Positions 62,106-64,000 of a DNA stretch of 64,000 nucleotides are shown here, in pieces. The translations under genes were made by a program, and so were the position numbers. The notes below the pieces were generated by a model. The model was not told the origin of the DNA and searched no databases. It was given only the letters and a program-made list of their open reading frames with translations. This DNA is from Oscillospiraceae bacterium (GTDB taxonomy: Bacteria > Bacillota > Clostridia > Oscillospirales > CAG-382): the NCBI GenBank assembly GCA_015063785.1, contig SVTM01000008.1, forward strand, positions 12,406 to 76,405. The letters are read 5' to 3'. The stretch's first letter is position 1, and every line of letters begins with the position of its first letter.

Positions 62106-64000
62106 ATGCCACTTGATTTTACAAAATTTAACACCGGCACACTTTTTTTGGTCCGCACGCCCGAGGTTTTTCCCGTGGGATATGCCGACAAAAGCTTTGA
62201 GGATATGAAACACAATCTTCATTTTGACTATGCGGCTTTGCTGGAAACCTGGAACTGCACAGACGGCGTTTTATGGAAAAGCGATAAGTTTCCGAGAAGC
62301 AGCTACTGGAAAGACGAACCGCGCGATCCCATTGAAGAATGTTTTCTTGCCGCTGACAAATACGATATGGCGTTTTTGCCCGAAGCAGGTATGATGGACG
62401 AAGCTTTTATGCTTGAACACAAGGACGGAATGGGTACTTTTTTTAACGGAACCACATACCGCTACGGAAGAGTAGGCCTTGCCCCTGCCTGCCCATATAC
62501 TCTTGACTATCTTGTGGAAAAATACGACGCTTTGTACGAAAAATTCGGTCATCACAAAAGCTTCAAGGGATTTTGTATGCCTGCCGAAAACGGTGCTTCG
62601 ATATCTTACGACAAATACACAAAAGAGGCGTGGAAAAAGTCTTTTGGATACGAAATGCCCTCTCCCGAGCAGATGTATGCCGACAAGGCGCTTGAAAGAA
62701 AGACCTTTGACTTTATTGCAGAGCTTTTTTTGACAATGTACAAAAAGCTTGCAAGACATCTGAAACAAAAATACGGGCTTCCGCTCATGCACTATCCCCT
62801 TGCAAAGCTCAGCTCTGACAGCTATTTCCAACCGTCGAGCGTTTACCCTCAGGGAAACATATCCCTTATGGATAAGGTGGAAGACCTTGACATGCTGAAT
62901 CTGCAGTTGCATCCCCCGCTAAATCCCAACCCCTATTGCTTTAAATTCGAAACCGAATTTCTTATGGGCAACACAAACAATATGCCCTGCATGGCAGACA
63001 CACATTTTTATCACGAATACGGTGCGGGAAGGCTTCCCGATGCAACGCCAAAGCGTATAGCCGACACCATTTTGTCAACCCTTACCCCGTGGGGAATATC
63101 GTTTTTCTGCTATGGATTTATGGCAGAAGAGCTTCCCTTGTGGAAAAAAGAGCTGAATATCGGCGCGCCCGTATACAGCGTATACAGGGAGTCTCACACG
63201 GTTGATGCAAGACGCGAATTTGCCATAAAGGCGATGGACTACGTTGAAATATTAAGACCTCTTATGCAGGGAACAAAGCACAGTGCGGACTGTGCTATAT
63301 ATTATCCCGAGCATATGAACAACGAGTATATGTACGGAAGCTATCCCGTCGAGCATATTTTCGGATTGCACGAGGTTTTCAACGCGGCAACAATACCCGT
63401 CAAGATCATAAGCAGAATGCCTACTTGCGCATCCGAAGAAAAACTTATAGTGCTTGATTCGGTAAAAAAGATCTCGCACGAGGAAGAAAAAGCTCTTGTA
63501 AGCTATATCAAGGACGGAGGAAAGGTTGTTGTCATAGGAAAATGCTGCAAAGAGATCGAAGATGCGGCAGGTGTTGCCACAGTTCTGTCTGATGCGGAAT
63601 TCATTTCCTCCCCCGATTCGGACGATTACAATCATTGTTACATAAGAATTCCCTCTGCGGGAAGACATTATACCGAAGCAAACGGCACGCCCGTTTTGCT
63701 GTATAACGACGGCACCCCCGCAATCACAAGAAGAAACAACATTCTTTATATCGGAGTATCGGATGCGATAGGACGTTTTGGACAATATCGCGACTATTAT
63801 CTTGCATCATGGTGGAAAAACTATTTTACAAAAGAAAAATTGAACAGTGGTGTTGAGTTCCATAACGTATATGTAAACACACAGGACCGCCATCAGTTTG
63901 TCAGCTGTGATATTTTTGAAAACACTGATAAAAAGTTGCTTTTTATCAGAAATTTCGGTGTTGATCAGGATGTTTCAAGCGTAAATTGGGACGTTGGCGA
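62106..64000 (+). CDS. large hypothetical protein, 3' end beyond window (glycosidase-like?)
   Basis: Not in the supplied track because there is no stop in the window. I read frame 62106.. codon by codon to 63998 without a stop (631 codons). AAGGAG RBS 8-9 nt before ATG 62106. The minus-strand track ORFs 62271..62912 and 63252..63785 are its shadows. The segment KLIVLDSVKKISHEEEKALVSYIKDGGKVVVIG resembles the GH42 trimerisation/GATase-like domain. Confidence 0.7.
   Translation, partial: MPLDFTKFNTGTLFLVRTPEVFPVGYADKSFEDMKHNLHFDYAALLETWNCTDGVLWKSDKFPRSSYWKDEPRDPIEECFLAADKYDMAFLPEAGMMDEAFMLEHKDGMGTFFNGTTYRYGRVGLAPACPYTLDYLVEKYDALYEKFGHHKSFKGFCMPAENGASISYDKYTKEAWKKSFGYEMPSPEQMYADKALERKTFDFIAELFLTMYKKLARHLKQKYGLPLMHYPLAKLSSDSYFQPSSVYPQGNISLMDKVEDLDMLNLQLHPPLNPNPYCFKFETEFLMGNTNNMPCMADTHFYHEYGAGRLPDATPKRIADTILSTLTPWGISFFCYGFMAEELPLWKKELNIGAPVYSVYRESHTVDARREFAIKAMDYVEILRPLMQGTKHSADCAIYYPEHMNNEYMYGSYPVEHIFGLHEVFNAATIPVKIISRMPTCASEEKLIVLDSVKKISHEEEKALVSYIKDGGKVVVIGKCCKEIEDAAGVATVLSDAEFISSPDSDDYNHCYIRIPSAGRHYTEANGTPVLLYNDGTPAITRRNNILYIGVSDAIGRFGQYRDYYLASWWKNYFTKEKLNSGVEFHNVYVNTQDRHQFVSCDIFENTDKKLLFIRNFGVDQDVSSVNWDVG

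Noticed and set aside
1-64000. Scan for rRNA, tRNA, CRISPR arrays, insertion sequences, prophage or defence-system genes.
   Set aside because: I recognised none by eye. Intergenic regions are short (mostly <250 nt) and are accounted for by promoters and terminators. No transposase, integrase, recombinase, nuclease/helicase or Cas-like translations are present. A covariance-model scan (tRNAscan-SE, Infernal) would be needed to exclude small RNAs formally.

Overview
This is a 64-kb chromosomal segment. From gene content it looks like a strictly anaerobic Firmicute of the Clostridia (Oscillospirales-like gut type). The supporting content is SLH-bearing exoproteins, glycyl-radical enzymes, BlaI/BlaR1, ECF and TAXI-TRAP transporters, GGAGG ribosome-binding sites and many rho-independent terminators. 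All calls come from reading translations and motifs; no database search was possible. I support 48 protein-coding features: 47 CDS (two cut by the window edges) and one frameshifted AraC gene. One CDS, a >630-aa ORF at 62106..64000, is missing from the supplied track because it has no stop in the window. I recognised no rRNA, tRNA, CRISPR array, transposase, integrase or phage gene. Layout: (1) housekeeping genes infB-rbfA and murA, with a YycH/YycI-like membrane pair between them; (2) a mosaic of small cassettes, most next to an AraC regulator (five AraC genes in total). These are DMT permease + cytoplasmic beta-helix enzyme; a BspA-type LRR lipoprotein bracketed by two identical 32-bp terminator hairpins; DUF1893 + ECF S-component; three tandem Gfo/Idh/MocA oxidoreductases + MBL hydrolase; (3) a BlaI / short BlaR1 / membrane protein / lipoprotein operon with three phased operator palindromes; (4) four giant secreted proteins (976-1430 aa) in two paralogous families that exchange modules. 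Family A has SLH repeats plus a beta-helix. Family B has duplicated repeat units plus a C-terminal metallophosphoesterase; (5) a MarR + heterodimeric ABC exporter, a TAXI-TRAP system with DUF1850, and pyrP-upp; (6) a mirror-arranged locus with two unusually short glycyl-radical enzymes, one activase, a GH28-like enzyme, a Zn-ADH and two AraC genes (one broken); (7) an amino-sugar cassette (BadF-type kinase, nanE, murQ and an unknown large protein). The best candidates for undescribed biology are the dual glycyl-radical-enzyme locus and the module-shuffling giant exoprotein families.
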